Positions 1 to 8,627 of a DNA stretch of 64,000 nucleotides are shown here, piece after piece. This DNA comes from Erythrobacter sp. UBA1916 (GTDB taxonomy: Bacteria; Pseudomonadota; Alphaproteobacteria; Sphingomonadales; Sphingomonadaceae). The notes beneath the pieces are model-generated. The model was given only the letters and a program-made list of their open reading frames with translations. It was not told the DNA's origin and made no database searches. Position 1 is the stretch's first letter. Each line of letters opens with the position of its first letter. Location of the stretch: positions 4,795-68,794 of the forward strand of contig DDFY01000038.1 of NCBI GenBank assembly GCA_002337385.1, in the 5' to 3' direction. The position numbers were made by a program, and so were the translations under genes.

Positions 1-1140
1 GTGACGCCGCTTGCCCAGTTCGATCAGCAGCACTGGCTGCTCGAGCTGTTCCACGGCCCGACGCTCGCCTTCAAGGACGTGGCGCTGCAGTTGCTGGGCC
101 GTCTGTTCGAGCACTTCCTTGCCAAGCGTGAGGATCACCTCACCATCGTCGGCGCGACCAGCGGCGACACCGGCTCTGCCGCGATCGATGCGGTGGCAGG
201 GCGCGAGCGGGTCGATATCTTCATGCTTCATCCTGATGGCCGGGTGAGCGACGTGCAGCGTCGCCAGATGACCACGGTGCTTGCGCCCAACGTCCACAAC
301 ATCGCCATCGACGGCAGCTTCGATGACGCGCAGGCGATGGTGAAGCGCATGTTCGTCGACAGCCACATGACCGGGCGTTTCCGCATCAGCGCGGTGAACT
401 CGATCAACTGGGCGCGGCTGATGGCGCAGGTGGTCTACTATTTCGCTGCCGCGCTTCAGCTCGGTGCGCCGCAGCGCAAGGTCGCCTTCTCGGTGCCGAC
501 GGGCAATTTCGGCGACGTGTTCGCGGGCTATGTCGCGGCGCAGATGGGGCTGCCGATCGAGCGCCTGATCGTCGCCACCAATGTGAACGACATCCTTCAC
601 CGCGCGCTCAGCACCGGCGACTATTCGGCAGGAACAGTCACGCCCACCGCCGCGCCGAGCATGGACATTCAGGTTTCCTCGAACTTCGAGCGGCTGCTGT
701 TCGATGTCGGCGGGCGCGACGGCAAGGCGCTGGCCGAGCAGATGGCGGGCTTCGAAAGCACCAAGGCCATGCAGCTTACCAATGCCCAGCGCGAAGGCGC
801 CGCCGCGCTGTTCACCAGCGCGCGCGCCGATGCCAACGATATGGTTCAGGCGATGGCCTGGGCCCACGAGAAATGCGGGCAGGTGATCGATCCGCATACC
901 GCGATTGGCCTCCACGCCGCGCGTGCGGCCGAAATCGATCCGGCGATCCCCGTGGTCACGCTGGCAACCGCGCACCCGGCTAAGTTCCGCGACGCGGTGG
1001 AGCGGGCAACCGGCACGCGTCCGACCTTGCCGGGCCGGATGGGCGACCTGTTCGAGCGGGCCGAGCAATACGAACGCTTGCCGGGTGACTATGATGCCGT
1101 GCGCGACTTCATCGAGGCGCACGCGACGCCGTCGGCCTGA
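1..1140 (+). CDS. thrC: Threonine synthase, 5'-truncated by window edge
   Basis: PLP-lysine motif ELFHGPTLAFKD, plus ATSGDTG, NSINWAR, VPTGNFG, DPHTA and TAHPAKF motifs. Confidence 0.95.
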   Translation: MTPLAQFDQQHWLLELFHGPTLAFKDVALQLLGRLFEHFLAKREDHLTIVGATSGDTGSAAIDAVAGRERVDIFMLHPDGRVSDVQRRQMTTVLAPNVHNIAIDGSFDDAQAMVKRMFVDSHMTGRFRISAVNSINWARLMAQVVYYFAAALQLGAPQRKVAFSVPTGNFGDVFAGYVAAQMGLPIERLIVATNVNDILHRALSTGDYSAGTVTPTAAPSMDIQVSSNFERLLFDVGGRDGKALAEQMAGFESTKAMQLTNAQREGAAALFTSARADANDMVQAMAWAHEKCGQVIDPHTAIGLHAARAAEIDPAIPVVTLATAHPAKFRDAVERATGTRPTLPGRMGDLFERAEQYERLPGDYDAVRDFIEAHATPSA

Positions 1141-2027
1141 TGGCTGAGCTTGTCGCAGCGCCGCTGGTCATGGCGGGCGAGGGCTGGGCCGACTACGGCC
1201 TTGTCGACTCGGGCCATGGGCGCAAGTTCGAACGCTATGGTGACTATCGCTTTATCCGTCCCGAGCCGCAGGCGATGTGGGCGCCGCACCTCGCCGAGTG
1301 GGATGCACATGCAGAGTTCGTCCCGGGCTCGGATGAAGATGGTGGTGGGCGCTGGCAGTTTGCCAAGCCGGTGCCGGAAGCGGGCTGGCCGCTGGGTTGG
1401 GAAGAGGTTCGCTTTACCGCGCAGTGTACCCCGTTCCGCCATCTTGGCTTCTTTCCCGATATGGCACCGGTGTGGAGCTGGATGCGGGCAATGCTGGAAG
1501 GCAAGGCCGATGCCAGCGCGCTTAACCTGTTCGGCTATACCGGCGTTGGCAGTCTTGCGCTCAGCCAGTGCGGGGCGGTCACCCATGTCGATGCGAGCAA
1601 GAAATCGGTCGCTCAGGCGCGCGACAACGCGGCGCTTTCCGGCATGGAAGAGCGCCCGGTGCGCTGGCTGATCGACGATTGCGTCAAGTTCGTCGCCCGC
1701 GAAGTGCGGCGCGAAAACCGTTATGACGGGATCATCCTCGACCCGCCGAAGTTCGGTCGCGGGCCCAAGAACGAAACCTGGCGTCTTGAAGAGGGCCTGC
1801 CCGGCCTGATCGGCGATTGCCGTCATCTGCTCGATGCCGACAGCCGCTTCCTGTTTCTCACCGTCTATGCCGTGCGGATGAGTTCGCTCGCGTTGGCGGG
1901 GCTCTTGGCTGAGGCCTTTGCCGGTCTGCCAGGGCGGATTGAATATGGCGAACTGGCGGTGCGCGAGGACGGGCCCGATGGCCGCCTGCTGCCCACCGCC
2001 ATTTTTGCCCGCTGGGCGAACGACTAG
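1140..2027 (+). CDS. Class I SAM-dependent methyltransferase (RlmI/RlmK-like)
   Basis: LNLFGYTG SAM motif, HVDASKK, IILDPPKF; start overlaps thrC stop. Confidence 0.85.
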   Translation: MAELVAAPLVMAGEGWADYGLVDSGHGRKFERYGDYRFIRPEPQAMWAPHLAEWDAHAEFVPGSDEDGGGRWQFAKPVPEAGWPLGWEEVRFTAQCTPFRHLGFFPDMAPVWSWMRAMLEGKADASALNLFGYTGVGSLALSQCGAVTHVDASKKSVAQARDNAALSGMEERPVRWLIDDCVKFVAREVRRENRYDGIILDPPKFGRGPKNETWRLEEGLPGLIGDCRHLLDADSRFLFLTVYAVRMSSLALAGLLAEAFAGLPGRIEYGELAVREDGPDGRLLPTAIFARWAND

Positions 2028-2809
2028 GCCGCCGAGAGGTCTTTCAGGAAGTCGCGGATGCGCTTGGCGTTGTAGCCGAGGTCGCTCACACCCACGCGGC
2101 TGACCGAGCGCATGTCGACGCGGGTCGAGCCGTCCATCACCGGGGTCACCCGCAGCACCACATCGTCGCGGAAGCGAAGGTAGCCGGCATAGGCAGTCGC
2201 CTCGATCTGTTCCTTGATCGGCTGATTGGGTGCGACCGTCCACCCGCGCTGCTCCATCAGCACGCGCGCGGCGGCCAGCACTTCTTCCGGGCTGCGATCG
2301 ATCAGGATCGGCTCGACATCGGAATAGGCGTCCTTGTGGAATTCCAGCCATTCCTCTTCCGAGAAAGGTCCGGTGCTGACCGGTGCCACGTCGAGCGCGA
2401 CGAACTGCGGCATGTTGTTGAGGTCGGTACTGACGTCGTGGATCGGAGGCGCTTCGCTGCCCGGGATCATCACCTGGGTGTACATCACCAGCACCAGCCC
2501 AGCGCTCAGCACGAGGGCGAGGCCGGCTTTCCAGCGCTTACCGCCGCCCTTGACCACGAAGCCGATAATCAGCGCCAGCAGGGCCACGATGGCCAGCACG
2601 CCGGCAGGCCACATCATCATCATGAAGGCCCGGAAACCGGCGATCTTGTCGATGATGTCATACCGCGCCAGCGTCAGCCCGCCGAGCGCGATGACAATTG
2701 CCAGTAGCGCGCCGCCGAGGGCGAAGGCACCCAAGCCGCGCGCAATCTTGGCGCCAAGGGTGGGGCCGTTGAGCGGCTGGCCGGTCTCGATTTCTGTGGT
2801 CTGGTTCAT
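2024..2809 (-). CDS. DUF1499-like membrane-anchored protein
   Basis: Three N-terminal TM segments, PPIHDVST and C-terminal FRDDV...RVDMRSVSRVGVSDLGYNAKRI; start set at MNQTT. Confidence 0.8.
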   Translation of the reverse strand: MNQTTEIETGQPLNGPTLGAKIARGLGAFALGGALLAIVIALGGLTLARYDIIDKIAGFRAFMMMMWPAGVLAIVALLALIIGFVVKGGGKRWKAGLALVLSAGLVLVMYTQVMIPGSEAPPIHDVSTDLNNMPQFVALDVAPVSTGPFSEEEWLEFHKDAYSDVEPILIDRSPEEVLAAARVLMEQRGWTVAPNQPIKEQIEATAYAGYLRFRDDVVLRVTPVMDGSTRVDMRSVSRVGVSDLGYNAKRIRDFLKDLSAA

Positions 2810-2945
2810 CGCTGCTACCCTTGGATTTTTCGTGCGCGCTAGAAAGCTCACATTCGCTGTCCCGCGTCAACGGTGCCGATATAGACTCAGCCTGGCAACA
2901 CAGGGGTGCTTGCCAAGGTTCCGCACTGCTGCCATGCGGCGCGCC

Positions 2946-3317
2946 ATGGCAGACAGCCTCACACTCGAACTGGCCGATTTCGAACATGATGTCCACACGG
3001 GCATCTATTCGGAAGAGACAGGCCGCCCGCAGCCTTTGCGCTTCACTGTGCAGGTGCGCTTCCGTTGCCCGCCCGAACGTTTCGTGCCCGAGACGCCGCT
3101 GAGCGCGAGCAAGAACTACATGGACCTGAAGTTCGCCTGCTCTGACGCGCTTGGCGACACGCATTACCAGTTGATCGAGGCCGTGGCCGATCACGTGTGC
3201 GAAACGCTGTTCCTACAGGACGAGCGGGTGGAGGCGGTGACGGTCAAGATCGTGAAGCTGGCGCTGTCCGAGGCGGACGAGAAGATCGGCATCACGCTCC
3301 ACCGCGACCGCCGATGA
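2946..3317 (+). CDS. folB: Dihydroneopterin aldolase
   Basis: GIYSEE..PQPL, NY, LIEAVA and VTVKIVK pattern; ATG 2946 is in frame within the longer ORF 2334..3317. Confidence 0.8.
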   Translation: MADSLTLELADFEHDVHTGIYSEETGRPQPLRFTVQVRFRCPPERFVPETPLSASKNYMDLKFACSDALGDTHYQLIEAVADHVCETLFLQDERVEAVTVKIVKLALSEADEKIGITLHRDRR

Positions 3318-3655
3318 GCGCACCGGCAATCGTTGATGCGCGCGATTTGCCGGAAGGTGCGCTCGATGCGGCTGCGCAGTTTCATGCCAGCCTGGTGCCG
3401 CTGGTGCGCGAGCAGGCGAAGGAGCGCCCGCTGGTGGTGATCGACTTCGCCATTGCCGACTACACCCATGCAAGCTGGCGCCAAGCGGTGGTGGGGCAAC
3501 TGGCGCGCGAGCTGGCACCGGTGCGCGTGAATGCTGTCGCCAGCGATAGCGCTGCGCTTGAGGCGCGGGCGGAGACCATCAACTACCTCCAACATGCGCC
3601 GGGCGTTACCGGACAAATTCTCGCACTGGATGACATTCCGTTTGAGAATAGCTAA
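3314..3655 (+). CDS. Small SDR/Rossmann-like protein resembling only the C-terminal part of an SDR
   Basis: LARELAPVRVNAVA and GVTGQIL resemble an SDR C-terminus; ATGA overlap with the folB stop. Confidence 0.6.
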   Translation: MSAPAIVDARDLPEGALDAAAQFHASLVPLVREQAKERPLVVIDFAIADYTHASWRQAVVGQLARELAPVRVNAVASDSAALEARAETINYLQHAPGVTGQILALDDIPFENS

Positions 3656-3665
3656 GAAGGGGGGA

Positions 3666-4667
3666 ATGTCATGTAGCCAGCCCTTGGTCGACGCCTTCCA
3701 GCGCAGGATCTCCTATCTCCGCCTATCGGTGACCGACCGGTGTGATCTGCGCTGCACCTATTGCATGCCTGAGGCGATGCAGTTCCTGCCCAAGAAGGAC
3801 GTGCTGAGCCTCGAAGAGCTGCACAAGCTTTCGCTCGCGATGATCGACCGCGGGATCACCAAGATCCGCCTCACCGGGGGTGAGCCGCTGGTACGCCGCG
3901 ATGTGATCGAACTGATTCGCGCGCTTGGTCGCAAGATTGGCGACGGGCTCGACGAGCTGACGCTGACCACCAACGGCACCCGGCTCGAGGAATTCGCCGA
4001 GGACCTGTTCGCCGCCGGTATTCGCCGCATCAACGTTAGCCTTGATACGATGGACAGCGCGCTGTTCGAGCAGCTTTCGCGCCGTGATCGGCTGGTGCAG
4101 GTGCTGCGCGGGATCGCGGCGGCGCAGGATGCCGGGCTCAAGGTCAAGCTTAACACCGTGGCGCTGAAGGGCCTCAACGAGAAGGAAATACCCTTCCTCG
4201 TCGAATGGGCTCATGCGCGCGGGGCGGACATGACGCTGATCGAGATTATGCCGCTGGGCGAGATCGAGGGCGAGCGCTCCGATCACTACCTGCCGCTTCC
4301 CGCCGTGCGCGACCGGCTCGAGCAGCGCTGGACGCTGACCGAGATCGCCGATTCGACTGGCGGACCGGCGCGCTATGTGCGGGTGGAGGAGACCGGCGGC
4401 AGGCTCGGTTTCATCACCCCGCTGACCAACAATTTCTGCGCCTCGTGCAACCGCATCCGCATCACCGCCACTGGGCAGCTCTATGCCTGCCTCGGCGGAG
4501 CCGAAATGGTCGACCTGCGCGCCGCGCTGCGTTCCGACACGCCCGATGCGCGGCTGGCCGAGGCGCTTGACGAGGCCATGCGGATCAAGCCCGAGAAGCA
4601 CCACTTCCAGATCGCCGAGGGCAGCGCCCCGGCGCAGCCGCGGCACATGTCGGTGACGGGCGGCTGA
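3666..4667 (+). CDS. moaA: GTP 3',8-cyclase (Moco biosynthesis)
   Basis: Radical SAM CDLRCTYC, C-terminal cluster CASCNR...C, ends MSVTGG. Confidence 0.96.
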   Translation: MSCSQPLVDAFQRRISYLRLSVTDRCDLRCTYCMPEAMQFLPKKDVLSLEELHKLSLAMIDRGITKIRLTGGEPLVRRDVIELIRALGRKIGDGLDELTLTTNGTRLEEFAEDLFAAGIRRINVSLDTMDSALFEQLSRRDRLVQVLRGIAAAQDAGLKVKLNTVALKGLNEKEIPFLVEWAHARGADMTLIEIMPLGEIEGERSDHYLPLPAVRDRLEQRWTLTEIADSTGGPARYVRVEETGGRLGFITPLTNNFCASCNRIRITATGQLYACLGGAEMVDLRAALRSDTPDARLAEALDEAMRIKPEKHHFQIAEGSAPAQPRHMSVTGG

Positions 4668-4909
4668 TGGCGGTAAGACTGGTCTTCCTCGGCAAACTGG
4701 CCGACCTTGCTGGCGCAGATGAGCGCGACGTTGCCGGTCCGCTCGACTGGGACGGGCTGCTTACCGCAGTCGGGCCGCAGCTCGCCGCGCAGGTGCAGGG
4801 CGACAAGGTCAAGCTTGCGCTCGACGGTGCGCTGGTTGCCGACAAGACCACGCTTGCCGCACCCGATGGTAGCGAGATCGCGCTTTTGCCGCCGGTCTCC
4901 GGAGGCTGA
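4667..4909 (+). CDS. moaD: Molybdopterin synthase sulfur carrier
   Basis: 80 aa ending PPVSGG; follows moaA. Confidence 0.93.
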   Translation: MAVRLVFLGKLADLAGADERDVAGPLDWDGLLTAVGPQLAAQVQGDKVKLALDGALVADKTTLAAPDGSEIALLPPVSGG

Positions 4910-4910
4910 C

Positions 4911-5360
4911 ATGGCGCTTCATGTTCACCTGCTTGACAAGCCATTCAACCCTGGCGCGCTCTTGGGACCGTTCACTAATGCCCATCCCGGCTACGGCGGG
5001 CTGGCGAGCTTCATTGGGGCCGTGCGCGCCGATGACGATGTGCGCGCGCTCGAACTGCTGCATTACGAGAAGATGACCCGCCCGGGCATGGAGGCGCTGG
5101 CCGAGGAGGCTGCGCATCGGTTCGAGCTGCTCGGCCTGCTGGTGATGCACCGCTACGGCGTGATGGAACCGGGCGAGCCGATCGTGATGGTCGCGGCCTG
5201 TGCGCATCACCGGCGCGGGGCCATTGCCGCGGTCGACTACTGCATGGACCACCTCAAGTCCGACAGCTGGTTCTGGAAGCGCGAACAGCGTGCCGACGGC
5301 TGGCACTGGATCGAACCGCGCGACCAGGATCACTCGGATCTCGCTCGCTGGAACAGTTGA
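4911..5360 (+). CDS. moaE: Molybdopterin synthase catalytic subunit
   Basis: FIGAVR, HYEKM, HRYG, MDHLKS..FWKRE. Confidence 0.93.
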   Translation: MALHVHLLDKPFNPGALLGPFTNAHPGYGGLASFIGAVRADDDVRALELLHYEKMTRPGMEALAEEAAHRFELLGLLVMHRYGVMEPGEPIVMVAACAHHRRGAIAAVDYCMDHLKSDSWFWKREQRADGWHWIEPRDQDHSDLARWNS

Positions 5361-5370
5361 TTGCTTCGAT

Positions 5371-5384
5371 TTGATGGCGATCAA
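5371..5384 (+). promoter_or_regulatory. FNR/FixK-type binding site
   Basis: Perfect TTGAT-GGCG-ATCAA, ending 57 nt upstream of ATG 5442. Confidence 0.75.
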
Positions 5385-5441
5385 AGATAGACGCTAGCGA
5401 TAGCGCCACACCGGTTTCCGCAAAGCAAGGGAGCCGAGCAG

Positions 5442-5624
5442 ATGGCGAAACAAAGCGGATCGATGGCGGGATTGGCCACGATTGCAGCCGCTGAATTGAT
5501 CGGCACCCGAACTGATTTGCCTGACCGTGTGAGCGGTCGGGGTTCACGAGTTCAGGACTATTATCTCCCGGTCCTGATCTTTCTCTGGGCGCTGGGTTCG
5601 GCGGCGATAGCTGCTCTGGCTTAG
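5442..5624 (+). CDS. Small hypothetical membrane protein (60 aa, C-terminal TM helix)
   Basis: SD-like AAGGGAG upstream, hydrophobic C-terminus, FNR box upstream and terminator downstream. Confidence 0.6.
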   Translation: MAKQSGSMAGLATIAAAELIGTRTDLPDRVSGRGSRVQDYYLPVLIFLWALGSAAIAALA

Positions 5625-5669
5625 GGGCATTGCCATCAGCAGCTGCCATTTGGGCACAGTAATCAGAGT

Positions 5670-5708
5670 TGCGCGGGGCCACGAGGGCGGCCCCGCGCAT
5701 TTTCTTTA
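5670..5708 (+). terminator. Intrinsic terminator between convergent genes
   Basis: TGCGCGGGGCC / GGCCCCGCGCA stem followed by TTTTCTTT. Confidence 0.75.
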
Positions 5709-6218
5709 TTAGGGGGCCAGCTGCGCCGAGAGGTCGGTCAGGATCGCATCTTCGTTGGCGATCAAACCTTCTGCCTCGCTGCGCGCTGCCTCGATGGTCT
5801 CGGTCGATTCGCCGGCAATGCTGGCCGTGATGAACAGCTGGTCGAGATCGGCAAGGGAGACCATGGCTCGGCTGCGCTGGGTGATAAGTCCTGCCAGCGC
5901 CACTTCCGCCAGAGACCAGGCATCGCTGCCCGATTCTGCCCCGCGCGCTGCAGCAACTTGTGACCGGACGGCACCTTCGTCGGCCAGGAACGCGGTGTGC
6001 GCCGTGCGTACAGAAGCAAGCAGGTCGCGCGCCTCTGCCAGAACCGGCTGGGCGGGGCTTTGCGGCGGCGTTGGTGTGGTCTGGGGCGGGGTCATCACAT
6101 AGCTGACCCGCTCGATCTCGCGCTGGGCAAGCGACGGGTATTCGCCCGGAGGCGTGGCGCAGGCCCCCAGCGCAAGCGGCGCGGCCGCGACGAACAACAT
6201 GGCGATTCTGGCAATCAT
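5709..6218 (-). CDS. Hypothetical lipoprotein
   Basis: Signal peptide with lipobox LGAC; Ala-rich helical body. Confidence 0.7.
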   Translation of the reverse strand: MIARIAMLFVAAAPLALGACATPPGEYPSLAQREIERVSYVMTPPQTTPTPPQSPAQPVLAEARDLLASVRTAHTAFLADEGAVRSQVAAARGAESGSDAWSLAEVALAGLITQRSRAMVSLADLDQLFITASIAGESTETIEAARSEAEGLIANEDAILTDLSAQLAP

Positions 6219-6292
6219 CTGCCAATCGCACTAGCCTGCGTCGACGCGGCTTTCCAGCCCGGCAATTTTTGCCCCTGCTGGCCTTCTCGGCA

Positions 6293-6321
6293 TTGACAGC
6301 ATCTGGGGCATCGCCTAACGG
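6293..6321 (+). promoter_or_regulatory. Sigma70-type promoter of rplU-rpmA
   Basis: TTGACA-N17-TAACGG. Confidence 0.55.
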
Positions 6322-6433
6322 CAGCGCTCTTGCGGTGCCCGAGGGGCGCCCTTTTTTGTTGTTTGCGCGGGGACAGGTCCGATAAGGTCCGGCCCAGGCA
6401 AGAACGACACCAGATGAAACGGATTATAGCACC

Positions 6434-6874
6434 ATGTTCGCAGTAGTGCGCACGGGCGGCAAGCAGTATCGCGTCGCCGAAGGAGACAAGATCGCGGTTG
6501 AGAAGCTGGCGGGTGACGCTGGCGACACAGTCGTGCTGGACGATATCCTGCTGGCTGGCGAGGGCGAGAGCCTAGCCGATGCTGGCAAGGTCACGGTTTC
6601 GGCCGAGATCATCGCCCAAGCCAAGAGCGAGAAGGTTCTCGTCTTCAAGAAGCGTCGTCGTCACAACTATCGGCGCAAGAACGGCCATCGCCAGCAGATG
6701 ACCCTGCTGCGTATCCTTGGCGTGGGTGAAGGCAAGCCGGCTGCCAAGAAGGCTGCCGCGAAGAAGGCCGATGCCCCGGTGAAGGACACGTCCGAGAAGA
6801 AGGCTGCGCCGAAGGCCCGCAAGGCCGCGCCGGCCAAGGACGCTGCGCCCGCCGCAGCGGCCGACAAGGAATAA
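6434..6874 (+). CDS. rplU: 50S ribosomal protein L21 with Ala/Lys-rich tail
   Basis: [14 protein letters not shown]...[16 protein letters not shown]. Confidence 0.98.
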   Translation: MFAVVRTGGKQYRVAEGDKIAVEKLAGDAGDTVVLDDILLAGEGESLADAGKVTVSAEIIAQAKSEKVLVFKKRRRHNYRRKNGHRQQMTLLRILGVGEGKPAAKKAAAKKADAPVKDTSEKKAAPKARKAAPAKDAAPAAAADKE

Positions 6875-6912
6875 TCCCGGCACGTCCGGGCTGGATTACG
6901 GAGTAAGGCACA

Positions 6913-7182
6913 ATGGCACATAAAAAAGCTGGTGGCTCGTCGCGCAACGGTCGCGATTCGGAAAGCAAGCGCTTAGGCGTGAAGAAGTTCGGCGGGCAGC
7001 AGGTGCTCGGCGGCAACATTCTCGTGCGTCAGCGCGGCACCCGTTTCTATCCGGGCGCGAACGTCGGCATTGGCCGCGATCACACCCTGTTTGCCACCGC
7101 TCAGGGCGTCGTGCGCTTTCACGACGGTAAGCTCGGCCGCAAGTACGTATCGGTCGACGCGATGGCAGAAGCTGCCGAATAA
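6913..7182 (+). CDS. rpmA: 50S ribosomal protein L27
   Basis: [24 protein letters not shown]. Confidence 0.99.
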   Translation: MAHKKAGGSSRNGRDSESKRLGVKKFGGQQVLGGNILVRQRGTRFYPGANVGIGRDHTLFATAQGVVRFHDGKLGRKYVSVDAMAEAAE

Positions 7183-7249
7183 CGGATGGCGATAGCGGGC
7201 CATCCACCGGGATGGCCCCAGTCGGGCGGCGAATAGCCCGGCACTGGAA

Positions 7250-7278
7250 GGAGATGGGGCCGCCCCGTCTCCTTTTTT
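7250..7278 (+). terminator. Intrinsic terminator of rplU-rpmA
   Basis: GGAGATGGGG-CCG-CCCCGTCTCC followed by T6. Confidence 0.8.
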
Positions 7279-7336
7279 GCGTTTCTCCTTCCGCTTGCAG
7301 CAGGCCCGGGCATGCGGGCTGGCGAGGGGAACTGCG

Positions 7337-7882
7337 ATGTTCATAAGAAGCGAACGGCTGATGTTGCGGCCGATCTTTCCCGAAGACTGGCGCGAGGTTT
7401 TCGCCGGGGTTGCCGATGAGAGCATCGTGCGGATGCTGGCGACTGCGCCGTGGCCCTATCGGGCTGAAGACGCCCGCACGTTCTGCAATCAGCCGCGCAA
7501 GGCTGATGAGATGCTGTTCGCCATCACCTTGCCCGGCAAGGACGGCGCGCCCCTGATCGGCACGATTGGTATGCGCGGCGCGGCGCACGAAGACGCCTAC
7601 GAGATGGGATACTGGATCGCCCGTAGCCGGCAGCGGCAGGGTTATGGTAGCGAGGCGGTGGGCGCGGTGCTGGCCACAGCCCGCGCGCTTGGCGTGCGCG
7701 AAGCCCGGGCCGGTCACTTCGTCGACAACCCCGCCTCGGGTAAGGTTCTGAGAAGGTGCGGCTTTCAGCGCGAGCCACGGCTCGGAGAGGCAGTCAGCGC
7801 GGGGCGCGGCGGGCAGCGCGTGCCCATGCAGCGTTATCGCGTGAGCCTGGCGAAGTCCGCCAATGCTGTCGCGGTGCCGTAA
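7337..7882 (+). CDS. GNAT (RimJ/RimL-like) N-acetyltransferase
   Basis: SERLMLRP, EMGYWI..RQGYGSEA, NPASGKVLRRCGF. Confidence 0.88.
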   Translation: MFIRSERLMLRPIFPEDWREVFAGVADESIVRMLATAPWPYRAEDARTFCNQPRKADEMLFAITLPGKDGAPLIGTIGMRGAAHEDAYEMGYWIARSRQRQGYGSEAVGAVLATARALGVREARAGHFVDNPASGKVLRRCGFQREPRLGEAVSAGRGGQRVPMQRYRVSLAKSANAVAVP

Positions 7883-8036
7883 TTTACAAAAATGTCAGTA
7901 AATACCTACGTTTACATTCTACTTTGAATAGGTGGTAATATCGGATACTAAAATAACCTTATTGGCTCGCGGACCCAAACCGGAAGTTCTGGTTTGTCGT
8001 AGAACGAGCTGTGGGATTGTAGGGTTAGGAGTGGTT

Positions 8037-8627
8037 TTGAGCCGCCGTCGGTTGAGTGCTCAGGAAAGTCGCGCCGCTGCGCTGGAAGCCGCGCGTGCAT
8101 TGCTCCTAGAAGAAGGCCCTCAGGCGGTGACGTTGAAGGCGGTGGCCGCGCGGGTGAACCGCACTCATGCAAACCTGCTTCACCACTTCGGCTCCGCTGC
8201 CGGGCTGCAACTTGCTTTGGCCAACTATCTCGCCACAGCGATCTGCGACGAATTGGCAGAAGCGGGACGATTGCTGCAGCGAACCGATCCGGCCCCTCGC
8301 AAGATGGTTGACCTTGTATTCGATGCGTTCGGTACGGGCGGGGGCGGTGCGCTAGCCGCCTGGATGCTTTGTACGGGCAACAAAGGGGCGCTCGATCCGA
8401 TTCTCGAAATGGTTCGGGACCTGATCGACCAGTCCCTGCCTGAGGACATGGCCGAGGGCGAAGCGGTCAAGCGGCGCGAGCTGACATATGCGCTGGTGTT
8501 GATGGCGCTTGGCAGGTCATTGATGGGAGACGAGCTTGCCGGTTCATTGGAGGTCGACCGAGGCGCGGCGCGGCGCCATGGGGAAGACCTGATCGCCATT
8601 ACGCGTTCGCGGCTGGAGCCGTCCTAG
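8037..8627 (+). CDS. TetR/AcrR family regulator
   Basis: HTH VTLKAVAARVNRTHANLLHHFGS; TTG start after AGGAG (start uncertain). Confidence 0.88.
   Translation: MSRRRLSAQESRAAALEAARALLLEEGPQAVTLKAVAARVNRTHANLLHHFGSAAGLQLALANYLATAICDELAEAGRLLQRTDPAPRKMVDLVFDAFGTGGGGALAAWMLCTGNKGALDPILEMVRDLIDQSLPEDMAEGEAVKRRELTYALVLMALGRSLMGDELAGSLEVDRGAARRHGEDLIAITRSRLEPS

Noticed and set aside
2334-2945. Long N-terminal extensions in the ORF track (folB, moaA, moaE, fur, rimI, egtB, egtD, ppk2, sulfatase and others)
   Set aside because: They overlap neighbouring genes or promoters; downstream starts match family N-termini and SD positions better
2810-3665. Moco riboswitch upstream of moaA
   Set aside because: moaA is only 10 nt from the upstream gene and folB appears leaderless, so there is no room for an aptamer
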